Assembly: GCA_951406725.2 (NCBI GenBank)
Contig: OX597819.1
Location: forward strand, 128,898,001-128,962,000
Direction: 5' to 3'
DNA: 64,000 nucleotides
Source: Octopus vulgaris
Lineage: Eukaryota
Shown here one piece after another: positions 52,626 to 64,000 of the stretch. The notes beneath the pieces are model-generated. The model was not told the DNA's origin and did not search any database. It worked only from the letters and a program-made list of their open reading frames with translations. Positions within the stretch are counted from its first letter, which is position 1. Every line of letters begins with the position of its first letter. A program made the translations under genes and the position numbers.

Positions 52626-53092
52626 CGGAGGGGTAAAAGTGGTAACAAGAACAGGACAGTAAAAACAATACAAGACAGTAAAAACAATACAAATAAAAAC
52701 AGTAAAAATAGGACAAGGAGAATAACACAGTAAAAACAAACAGTAAGGGCTGTTAAGATGAGACAAAAGCTTTGAGAAAACGGCTTAAGAGAGGGACAGG
52801 AAAGCCACCTACACTTGTTGAAGGCAGTAGTCAGAAAGAAAGTAACCCTCTGGTCACATGTCAGCAATGAGAGGGAGGAGGAGGAGTAAGAGAAAAGGAA
52901 CGGTGAAAGGGAGAGAAGGATAGGGAAGGGTGGTAGAGAAAACCAGAAAGAATGAAGAATAAGAGAGGGAGAGAGGAAAAGTAAAGAGTGAGAGTTAAGA
53001 GTGCGCATCATAATTATTAAGATAAAACTTACTTGGAAGTGGATGTGTGGTGTTCGATCATATAATAACAAAATAATAAATAAAACATATGC

Positions 53093-53130
<38 letters not shown>

Positions 53131-53132
<2 letters not shown>

Positions 53133-53584
53133 GATATAGGATAAAATTTTTTTTCAGGAAAAAATTTTTATCAATGGCCAGCATATCAAAAAATGCCTTT
53201 AAAGGTAAAATTTATACATAATTTACAAGATAAGGGCAGAAGAAAAATTCTAATACCAGATACGCCGAAACAAAAAATTGTCGATAACCATTAAATTTAT
53301 GCGTCTCGAACCAAACCGATAGAAATCTCTAAAACTTTGTTATTACCGTATTGGTCCAATTTCGGGGTTAATTTACAAGAAATTTTCCCCTCTTCAGCGG
53401 CACATACGCGAGATATAAATGAAATACTTATTCATACCCACGGAAGAAGCAAGCCCCAAGTCCCAAGCAGACTTAAGTACCCCAAATATATCCAAATAGA
53501 AAAATCTTAGGCGCACCTCGAGACACGTGTGATTAAATTTAATGGGTATCTGGCATTAGAATTTTTCTTCTGCCCTTATCTTGT

Positions 53585-53591
<7 letters not shown>
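53131..53591 (-). mobile_element. (TA)n-flanked foldback element carrying the hammerhead (retrozyme or Penelope-LTR-like)
   Basis: Bounded by (TA)n runs; 46-bp inverted arms 53218-53263 and 53546-53591 with one mismatch; no meaningful ORF. Confidence 0.6.
53341..53406 (-). ncRNA. Type I hammerhead ribozyme (predicted)
   Basis: Minus strand UAUG-UGCCG CUGAAGA GGGG(aaaauuucuuguaaauuaa)CCCC GAAA UUGGACCAA UA CGGUA-AUA: full catalytic core, with stems I, II and III all pairing. Confidence 0.75.
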
Positions 53592-53631
<40 letters not shown>

Positions 53632-53738
53632 TGTCTTTTACTATTTGATGAAGTTTTCATCATTGCATCCAGCATGCGCGTATATCTTTTTTTTCCCATT
53701 TTTAGACCTGTTAATTCTTTAAATTCACCTATTATCAG

Positions 53739-53857
53739 AGCAACATCCAATCAGGTTCCCTGTGCTTCATGCACGTCATGATTCCAAAGAACTGGCACGA
53801 TGCATGGACCTACTGTCGGAGTAAATTTAACGGAGATTTAGCCACCATTGACAATTA
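53739..53857 (+). CDS. Lectin exon 16 (CTLD5 N-part)
   Basis: ttatcag|AGC...AATTA|gtaagt; SNIQSGSLCFMHVMIPKNWHDAWTYCRSKFNGDLATIDN; phase 0 to 2; acceptor chosen as the only nearby in-frame AG. Confidence 0.85.
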
Positions 53858-54028
53858 GTAAGTGAAAAAGCCTCACGTTTTTATTTCTAATTTATGTGTG
53901 TTCAATTGTAGTGTGGGTGAGTCAGAGGAGCAAGGAAAACAATCTTCAGGAATGGTAAGCTGAAAGAGAAAGAATCTTTCTTTCTTCTGTTGCTATAGTA
54001 AGAAACAGTGCAGCAATGTATCACATTT

Positions 54029-54655
54029 CAAAGGCGGTGAACTGGCAGAAACGTTAGCACACCGGGTGAAATGCTTAGCGGTATTTCGTCTGCCATTACG
54101 TTCTGAGTTCAAATTTCGCCAAGGTCGACTTTGCCTGTCATCATTTTGGGGTCAATAAATAAAGTACCAGTTTCACACTGGGGTCGAGGTAATCGACTTA
54201 ATCCCTTTGTCTGTCCTTGTTTGTCCTCTGTATGTTTAGCCACTTGTGGGTAGTAAAGAAATATATATTTCAAAGGTGGAGAACTGGCAGAAACGTTAGC
54301 ACGCTGGGTGAAATGCGTAGCTGTATTTCGTCTACCGCTACATTCTGAGTTCAAATTCCACCGAGGTCGCCTTTGCCTTTCATCCTTTCGGGGTCGATAA
54401 ATTAAGTACCAGTTGCACACTGGGGTTGATATAATTGACTTAATTTGTTTGTCTGTCCTTGTTTGTCTCCTCTGTGTTTAGCCCCTTGTGGATAGTAAAG
54501 AAATAGGTACTTCGTCTGTCTTTACGTTCTGAGTTCAAATTCTGCCTTTCATGCTTTCGAGGTCGATAAATAAAGTACCAGTTGCGTACTAGGGTTGATC
54601 TAATCAACTGGCCCCCTCCCCAAAAATGTCGGGCCTTGTGCCGCGAGTAGAAAAG
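54029..54655 (+). mobile_element. SINE family A trimer with single TSD
   Basis: TSD aatgtatcacattt at 54015-54028 and 54656-54669. Confidence 0.8.
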
Positions 54656-55469
54656 AATGTATCACATTTTAAGGTTTCAAAGCAGAAACCTGATTTGGAA
54701 ACTAGTTACAGAGTGGATTCCTCTAGAAATACCCAAGACCTGAGAGTGGTGTTAAACTGGCCAACAGATAAAATCTATCGCTCAAGTCATTATGCATGTG
54801 TAAGCTTACTTAGTGTTAAAGGAAGTATTACTTTGTGTTCAAATCCAATGCTTACATGAGTACATGATCAGCAACTAGTCTATTGTGATTCTGAATTTCA
54901 TTGAACTTCCTTTTCTCTCTCCACCCCCATCCATCCCAGTACCCCCCTACTATATGCTAAAATATCTTTTAATCACTGGACGGCTTGAACAAGTATCCAA
55001 ATCAACTCAAGTAACCAAATCTTCCTTAAATCACTGCTTATCATTTTCAGATAAAAAAAAAGATGGGGTTTATAGTGGATGAATGTAATCCTTGAAAATA
55101 AAATGGAATGGCTATGGCTGGAATGTCTTCGACATAGGTTTGATTGATCTGGATTGACTCGGGGCTCAAAAATCAACAACAATATCTTCAAATCTTACTG
55201 GGCTTGACTTTAGTGTTCATTCACTCCAAGTTAATAAAACACTAATATAATACTGTGACTAATACAGAGAACTATTTCCTTTTATAAGAAATTACAATTA
55301 TGTCTAGTCAAAAGAAATCTTCTCATGTTCATGGTAGAAACAATATACACGGAGAGCTCAGAAATAAATAGACACCATAATTTTTGGAAGATTCCTTCCT
55401 AGAAACCAGATAGTGTCATTCGATGCATTTGAATACTTAATCTAGTAAACATGCTCTGTGCACAATACA

Positions 55470-55698
55470 TTAAACCTTTCATTACCAACCCAGCTGAAAC
55501 TGGCCCTAGCTCTGAGTACAAATGTCTTGTTTTCATAAGTTCTGAATTAAAATCTTCGACCAAACTTTCATCACAATTTATGTTCCTTAACACTAGCTGA
55601 ATGGTAACTATGTTATTTTACTAAATTCTTTGTTATATTTAAAGTTATTGAAAGAAACACAGAACATCTCAAAATAAATACAGTAACGAAAGGGTTAA
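55470..55698 (+). mobile_element. piggyBac-type MITE
   Basis: TTAA-ACCTTTCATTAC...GTAACGAAAGGG-TTAA. Confidence 0.85.
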
Positions 55699-55980
55699 CA
55701 AGTGTGAAGCACTAAATAGTCTGTTCTGATAAAGTGGTATAAAGAGATTTGTCTATTTACTTTTGAAATGTCTGTATTTAGTTTCAATTATCTATTCTGT
55801 GATTTCAAAACATAGGAATGTCATTCTTTCTGAGAGCCAGTATATAGAAACCTAATAAGATAGGACCAAGCGCTTGTCTTCTGTACATCTGTCGTCTCAG
55901 AAATTAGCCTCATCCCTAATCAACAGATACGCTTATCAAAGAAAGAAATTTTAATCAGTTATATACTATCCTCATTTCAG

Positions 55981-56090
55981 TAAGAAGCAGCAGAGTGCTA
56001 ATCAAGGAATTCTGTCCCATGGACCACCTTACTGGATATCTCCAGAATCCAGTAAAGGACCATTTCAGAACTGGAAAGATGACAAAAAAG
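55981..56090 (+). CDS. Lectin exon 17 (CTLD5 middle, divergent)
   Basis: atttcag|T...AAAG|gtaagt; KKQQSANQGILSHGPPYWISPESSKGPFQNWKDDKK; phase 2 to 1 fits both neighbours. Confidence 0.8.
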
Positions 56091-56224
56091 GTAAGTAGTT
56101 ATTGCTGCTCTAGTTTCCTGTCATTTACAGTCCAGGTGACCCCCACCACCCACTTTTTTTTTTCTGTCAGATGGATGGAAGTTGATTTGTTCCTTTGTTT
56201 GGGCCCTTTTTTTTTATCTGTCCC

Positions 56225-56600
56225 TTGTTTCAGTCATTAGACTGCAGCCATGCTGGGGTACTTCCTTCAAAAATAATTTTTTTTAGTAGAATGAATCGAC
56301 GACACTACTTATTTTTTAAAGCCTGATACTCATTGTATTAGTCTCTTTTGTTGAACTTCTAAGTTAATGGGGATGTAAACACACTAACACTGGTTGTCAA
56401 GCAGTGGTGGTGGTTGTGGGAGGAACAAACACAAAGACACACACACATAAACATATAAGATGGGCTTCATTCAGTTTCTGTCTATCAAATCCACTCACAA
56501 GGTTTTGGTCAGCCCAAGGTTATAGAAGAACACACTTGCCCAAAGTGCCATGCAGTGGGACTGAACCTGGAACCATATGGTAGGGAAGCAAGCTTATTGC
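56225..56600 (-). mobile_element. SINE family B, diverged
   Basis: ttgtttcagtcattagactgcagccatgctgg...cacttgcccaaagtgccatgcagtgggactgaacc. Confidence 0.75.
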
Positions 56601-57455
56601 CTATAATTTAAATGTAATACATATTTCATTGCTGGGCCCCAATGTAGATGTAGGGCATGTAGTACTTTATTGGAACACATATCTCATGGTAGCAACACAT
56701 GCATTTGACTACAGTGGCATGTGTTTCACTGTTGCAGCACTTTCTGCAGTTCAGATGCTCAAACAAACATTTCATTACTGTCGTATTTATTCATTGCTGA
56801 TGCATTGTTGGAAATCACATTTAATTATTGAAGTGCATGTTTCATTGATGAACATATATTTCATATTTATGGCATACACATTTCAGAATGACAACATAGA
56901 TTTCACCATTAGTTCCTCTTTTTAAATTTGATAAGGCATCTATTCTGTTCTTGAGTCATACATTTTCTTGCTGGGACATATATTTCATTTTTGTTGTTAT
57001 AAGTAAAGAACTTGTATGGCTCTCAGAATAGATCGAAACCATGAAATGCTTACTTCCATATCTAAGTGGGTTTGGTGGTTTTTACATTTCATTATTTTAA
57101 TTTCGTTGCTATAGATCATCAGTGGGTTAGATGTGTGTAGATTTTGCCTTATATTTATTTTAATTTTTTATTTTATTTTTATATTTTATTATATTTCATT
57201 TGGTCTGGGCCCCAATGTAGATGTAGGGCATGTAGTACTTTATTGGAACACATATCTCATGGTAGCAATACATGCATTTGACTACAGAAAATGATGTGAG
57301 GGAATTCTAGACAGCTGACATTCTCAGAAGGTAGAACTGGGTGGAAGGGTTAACGCAGAGCCTGGAGTGATGGACATAGTTCTGGGGATGAGAGGAGAAG
57401 CGGTGAATGGTTTGAAAATGTTTGAGTGGTGGAGTTACCTTATACAAGCATATAT

Positions 57456-57686
57456 ATTTCTTTACTACCCACAAGGGGCTAAACACAGAGGGGACAAAAA
57501 AGGACAGACAAACGGATTAAGTCAATTACATCGACCCCAGTGCATAAGTGGTACTTAATTTATCGACCCCGAAAGGATGAAGGGCAAAGTCAACCTGGGC
57601 AGAATTTGAACTCGGAACGTAACGATAGATGAAATACGGCTACGCATTTCGCCCGGCATGCTAACGTTTCTGCCAGCTTGCCACCC
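57456..57686 (-). mobile_element. SINE family A (partly duplicated at 58063-58240)
   Basis: Reverse-complement match to 6275-6500. Confidence 0.8.
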
Positions 57687-58464
57687 TACCTGAAACAAAC
57701 ATGTTACATATCTAAGTGGGTTTGGTGGTTTTTACATTTCATTATTTTAATTTTGTTGCTATAGATCATCAGTGGGTTAGATGTGTGTAGATTTTGCCTT
57801 ATAACTTATTTTAGAATGCAGTATAAGACGCTATTAACAAATTGTAATCATTTAAATATAATTAAACATTTCCAGACTCTGTGTGTGCATAGGCTGTAGC
57901 TATGGCTTTCACAAGCTCTCTAAGATCAGAGAGGTTAAAATTCATCTTGATGACTGCAGAAAATGATGTGAGGGAATTCTAGACAGCTGACATTCTCAGA
58001 AGGTAGAACTGGGTGGAAGGGTTAACGCAGAGCCTGGAGTGATGGACATAGTTCTGGGGATGCAAACGGATTAAGTCAATTACATCGACCCCAGTGCATA
58101 AGTGGTACTTAATTTATCGACCCCGAAAGGATGAAGGGCAAAGTCAACCTGGGCAGAATTTGAACTCGGAACGTAACGATAGATGAAATACGGCTACGCA
58201 TTTCGCCCGGCATGCTAACGTTTCTGCCAGCTTGCCACCCTACCTGAAACAAACATATAGTTACAGTTTATGGTTAAGAGGTTTAATGACAGATGTGGAA
58301 CATTGTATGGTCAGGAATGTGAAAGAATGTTTGTTGTCAAGCAAATAACTTATTTTAGAATGCAGTATAAGACGCTATTAACAAATTGTAACCATTTAAA
58401 TATAATTAAACATTTGCTTTTGCTGAATTTCTTTCATCCATTTTTCTCTTTCCGATTCCTGCAG

Positions 58465-58727
58465 TTGAATTAACCAACTCAAAGTGCCTTGCTATCGAAA
58501 GTGGGTCAATGAAAAAGTGGATAAGAATTTCCTGCCTAGATGCTGCCTATTTCATCTGTGCCAGAAGCTTAGATGCAACAAAAAACACTACCTTATCTCC
58601 ACCGGTTATAAGCCCAAGTCATTCCACAACAACCATAGAAACCACACCTGTATTGCCACCTGTCGAAACAAACGTTACTCTTTCGTGCCCAGAAGAATGG
58701 AAGTTTTTCCGTAATTCCTGCTACAAG
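58465..58727 (+). CDS. Lectin exon 18 (CTLD5 C-part, S/T/P linker, CTLD6 start)
   Basis: cctgcag|TT...AAG|gtaaat; ELTNSKCLAIESGSMKKWIRISCLDAAYFICARSLDATKNTTLSPPVISPSHSTTTIETTPVLPPVETNVTLSCPEEWKFFRNSCYK; phase 1 to 0. Confidence 0.92.
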
Positions 58728-58887
58728 GTAAATTAGATTTTGCATTGAGAATTTGTACAAATAATTGAGGGTCAGCATCGGGTGGTGGGGGGGGGGTGAG
58801 GAGGGGGGTATCAACTTATAGAAAGTCATTTCCAAGCGTGGAAAAGTGAACATTAAAAAGAGGATGATGTATGTGTCTGTATATGTA

Positions 58888-59193
<306 letters not shown>

Positions 59194-59499
59194 GAATGCT
59201 CAAAATGCTTTTGGGTGTTAATCATTTCAATGTGGGAGAAAAAAATTGCCTTAAGATGGTAATTTGAAAAGACTCCTCGAGTAGAGACAAACGAAAGAAT
59301 AGGCGAAAGGAAGGAGTCTGGACAATGATGGGTCTTACTAGGGAGGGGACGTAGGATTATATCACACGAATGTGTTGCAGATTCATGGGAAAACAACCGT
59401 ATGGTTGTTGATGATGATGATGATGATGAAGATGATCTTTGAGACAATAAGAATAAAGACAGTATAGTACTGCCATCACCACACAGTTGCCAACAATGA

Positions 59500-59947
<448 letters not shown>

Positions 59948-60087
59948 TATAGATAGATGGTTAGATAGATACACAGACAGACACATATGATGGGATTCTA
60001 TACAGTTTCCCTCTTAACAAATTCCACTCACATGGCATTTATCAATTCAAGTTTACTGTCGAAGACACTTGTTCAAGTTGTCACTTT

Positions 60088-60565
60088 CATCATCATCATC
60101 ATCATCATCATCATTTAACGTCCGCTTTCCATGCTAGCATGGGTCGGACGATTTGACTGAGGTCTGGCGAACCAGACTCCAATCTGATCTGGCAGTGTTT
60201 CTACAGCTGGATGCTCTTCCTAACGCCAACCACTCTGAGAGTGTAGTGGGTGCTTTTACATGCCACCGGCACGAGGGCCAGTTTGGTGGTACTGGCAACG
60301 GCCATGCCCAAATGGTGCTTTTTACATGCCACCGGCACAGGAGCCAGCCCAGCGGCACTGGCGACGACCTCGCTCGAATGTTTCACGTGCCACCAGCACA
60401 AGTGCTGGTGAGGCAACGAGGTAACGATCACGCTCGAATGGTGTGCTTAACATACCATTGGCACGAAGGCCAGCTTGTTGCTCTGGCAACGATCTTACTT
60501 GCATGGTACTCTTAGCACTCCACTAGCAACGGATGCCAGTCACCGAGTTTGATTTCGACTTCGAT
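60088..60565 (-). mobile_element. Repeat family D
   Basis: (CAT)n start, conserved end and several internal units on the minus strand. Confidence 0.8.
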
Positions 60566-60672
60566 CAAACCCAGAGCCACATTGTAGCAAAGGGAACTGC
60601 TTGACCAAATGACTAGGCCTGCAGGTTTTATATAGTTATAAAACTTGTCTAAATATTTTCTTATATTTTCAG

Positions 60673-60792
60673 GAATTTTACACCAACTTACATGGATTAA
60701 AATGGATTGATGCATTGCATTCCTGTCAGGAGCATTCAGCCCTTCTGGTTAGCCTTGAATCAGATGAAGAATTGATGTTTCTTCGGACCAAT
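60673..60792 (+). CDS. Lectin exon 19 (CTLD6 N-part)
   Basis: ttttcag|GAA...; EFYTNLHGLKWIDALHSCQEHSALLVSLESDEELMFLRTN; donor ambiguous (GT at 60793 or at 60801). Confidence 0.82.
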
Positions 60793-60856
60793 GTAATGAA
60801 GTAAACCAATCACAGATCTTTCTACTTCTTTGATTTATGAAAAATTGCTTGCTTAG

Positions 60857-60909
<53 letters not shown>

Positions 60910-61189
60910 GTTCTACTCTTACTGCTGCTGCTTCATAGTTTTCTGTTTCCTGTTTTTTTTGTTTGTTGTTTTTGTTTTTATAAATGTGACCTGGTCACCA
61001 CTAAGGTCATCATCTGTGGTGTCAATGTCCTCCTCTTTCATTTGTTCTCAATCTTGTATGAGTTCTCAGAGCATTGTTGGTGTGATGTATACTATATTGT
61101 CTTAGCCTGGAAAATAGGTGGAATACAATAGAGGCTGACTACCATTCTTTAATTCCATGTCTTGAAATATTATTATTATTATTATTATT

Positions 61190-62778
61190 TTTTTTTCTTC
61201 TTTCAAATTTGCTTCCATTTCTTGCCGAGTGTCTTCCCGACTCCTAGGGCAAAGAAACTCATAGTATACATTGGTAGGCCATTAAACCAAACTCAATAGT
61301 TCGTTCATTTAAAAAAAAATTTTTTTTTTTTAAGTTAAATTAAAATACATGAGCAGCAACAGTTCTCACATCGACAATGCTCTTCTCAATACGTGTGATG
61401 TACCAGTTAAGACAATCTTTTGCACTTCTTGCAGGGATGGTAAGCCAGGGATCATTCTCATATAATTTTCGGTTCCCTTCTTGATCATTCCTAGTGCTCC
61501 TATGATCACTGGTATTGTAACCGCCTTGAGATGCCACATTTTCTCAATTTCAATGAGTAGGTCTTTATATTTTCTGAGCTTGTCAAACTCTTTCGCTGAG
61601 ATATTATGATCACAGGGGATGCTCATGTCGATCAATAAGCAAACTTTATTGTTTTGGTCTTTCACAACAATATCTGGTTTATTGGCCTTGATGGTTCGGT
61701 CTGTATGTACTGGAAAGTCCCACAGAATGGTTACATTTTCTCCTTCAGTTACAGCCTCAGGGTGGTGATTATACCACTTGTCGGCAGTTTTGATATTGTA
61801 ATGCCGACTTATTAGCCAGTGTAGATATTGGCCAACTCTGTCATGTCTTAATTTATACTCCACTGGTGCTAAGACTTTACATCCAGAGATTAGGTGGTCC
61901 ACTGTTTCAATCATGTCGTTGCAGAATCGGCATTTTGGGTCTGCTCCATTTTTCATCATATTGGCCTGGTAGTTCCGGGTTAATAGGCTTTGATCTTGAG
62001 CAGCCAGGATGAAACCTTCACTCTCTGCTTTTAGCCCTGAGCTCCGTAGCCACTGATGGGTTTGCTTCTGGTCAACATCAGCTTGTTTGCTGCAGGCCAC
62101 ATATTTGCCGTGCAGAGGTTTCTCCTCCCACCTATCAGCCAATTGCTCGTGCGCTTTATTCGTTGCCATTATTTTCACCTTCTTTGCAACAATAGTTGCC
62201 GTACTTCCCTCGGGTTGTTCAGTTTGGGTATCCTGCACGAGATCAATAGCAAATTGTTTGCTTTCCTTTATGATAGAATGAAGCTTCTTTCATCTCTTGT
62301 GATTTTCCACGAGCATTAGCATCCAGTCATTCGTTATTTCGAGATATTTGGCCAGTCCAATTGTGGTTGTTTTGTAAGCTAGTTCAAATTGGATCAGGCC
62401 TCGACCTCCTTGGGCTCTGGGAAGGTAAAGGCAATCTACGTCTACCTTTGGGTGGTGCATCCTATTACAACTCAGCAGCTTGCGTATTTTCCTATCTATA
62501 TTCTTTACTTCACTCATATTCCAGTTCAACACATTGTAGCTATAAGTAACAACTGGAACTGCTAAGGAATTTATAGCTAACACCTTGTTACGTGCATGTA
62601 GTTCAGATTTCAGGACTGCACGAACTCTCCTATAACATTTCTTCCTGATCTTCTCTTTCATGCTTGCATGCTGAATACCAGAGCCTTAATTTATCCCTAA
62701 ATATTTGTATGTTTGTTCTTGCTCAAGCTCTCTTATGACTGTGTCAACATCTAACACAACTGAATTTGTGGTCTTCAC

Positions 62779-62780
<2 letters not shown>
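61190..62780 (-). pseudogene. 5'-truncated R4/Dong-type non-LTR retrotransposon (RT end, CCHC knuckle, restriction-like endonuclease)
   Basis: YKYLG, LYLPRAQGGRGL, CRFC..ETVDHLISGC, RHD, KPDIVVKD..LIDMSIP..KEFDKLRKYKDL; one frame with two in-frame stops; (TTA)n on both sides. Confidence 0.9.
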
Positions 62781-62826
<46 letters not shown>

Positions 62827-62936
62827 AACCAGTTTTTACCCAGACATTTATACTTCATACATCAAATAGTAAGCATACTAAACAAGGGAGACTACTTTCG
62901 GTAATGCTGCCTCAGTGCTATTTTCTCTCTCTCTCC

Positions 62937-62973
<37 letters not shown>

Positions 62974-63399
62974 ACGGTCAATTTTATCTCACATACATAT
63001 GCACACTGTCTCTCTCTCTCTCTGTCTCCCCACTCTCCCCCAGAATCATTTATTCAGGGTTGTGAGAAGTTTGTAGGTGACTATTCCTAGTGTCATGAAC
63101 ATGGCTAGATTACCAAGAGCTTATCTCTCACATCAGGAACTCACCTGGAATTGAAAGAAATTGAAGACAAATTCCTTTAAATCAAAACTTATTTTAATCC
63201 TTTAGCATTCAGAGAATTCTCTCAGGTGTAATTACTTATTCAGTCTCTTTGTTTTGAATTAATCATGCATTATCTCATGGCTTCAAGATTTTGATGATGT
63301 GATTGCTTAGTTTCAGAATGATTTTGTAAGGTAGATGTGAGAAGTTAGGTCTGACTAGTTTCAGCATATTTTAACCAGATATACTCAGTTAAGGTACCT

Positions 63400-63725
63400 G
63401 GCACCTTGACACGTAAAAAGCACCGTCCGAACATGGCAGATGCCAGCACCAGCGCCACCTGATTGGCGTCCGTGTCGGTGATACGTAAAAGCATCAACCG
63501 ATCGTGGCCGTTTGCCAGCCTACTCTGGCCCCTGTGCCGGTGGCATGCAAAAAAACACCCACTACACTCACAAAGTGGTGGGCGTTAGGAAGAGCATCCA
63601 CCTGTAGAAACACTGCCAAATCAGACTGGAGCCTGGTGCAACCTCCATGTCTTACCAGTCCCCGGTCGAACCGCCCAACCCATGCTAGCATGGAAAACGG
63701 ACGTTAAACAATGATGATGATGATG
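63400..63725 (+). mobile_element. Repeat family D
   Basis: Internal units and conserved 3' end with (GAT)n. Confidence 0.75.
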
Positions 63726-64000
63726 ATATACCCAGTTTAAATGTTAACGGGTTAAATCATGTTATATAAAAAACATAGACAGGTTGAAATATCAATTAGC
63801 CTTCATATGAAATGGCTACACCTGAAACATGAAACCTTGTCAAGGCCTTACCACTCATATCAAGAAGCTTCTGTAAGGTTTGAGGTGCAACTAATTACAA
63901 CCAAAGTCTCTTAAATCATACCTTACTGCCTTGAAAAACAACCTCATTGGCTAATATATTATTTCTGTACAGCCCACAAGGGCCAAACACAGAGGGAACA

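Noticed and set aside
61366-62238. 290-aa ORF as a host gene
   Set aside because: It is the C-terminal part of a truncated R4/Dong retrotransposon ORF with upstream in-frame stops.
60800-64000. Next lectin exon (WIGL part of CTLD6)
   Set aside because: No AG/GT-bounded segment with a CTLD motif found; it probably lies beyond the window.

Overview
AT-rich, repeat-dense eukaryotic genomic DNA. The SINE, MITE and microsatellite repertoire suggests an octopus (cephalopod) genome; this is inference, not a database result. The whole window lies inside one + strand multi-exon gene. I traced 19 GT-AG exons (2445..60792, about 2.37 kb, about 788 aa) that join in one uninterrupted frame. They encode five complete C-type lectin domains (CTLDs) plus the start of a sixth, separated by Pro/Thr-rich linkers, i.e. 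a macrophage mannose receptor-like multi-CTLD lectin. Neither the start codon nor the 3' end of the gene was located. Introns hold several SINE-type families, Helitron, piggyBac-, hAT- and MULE-type MITEs, decayed mariner, piggyBac, RTE and R4/Dong retroelements, a 1.5 kb 54-bp higher-order minisatellite and many microsatellites. The most notable non-coding signal is an apparently intact type I hammerhead ribozyme (minus strand, 53341-53406). It sits in a roughly 460-bp (TA)n-flanked foldback element with 46-bp inverted arms (retrozyme or Penelope-like), and hammerhead half-sites occur elsewhere in the window. Most ORFs in the supplied track are repeat artefacts.
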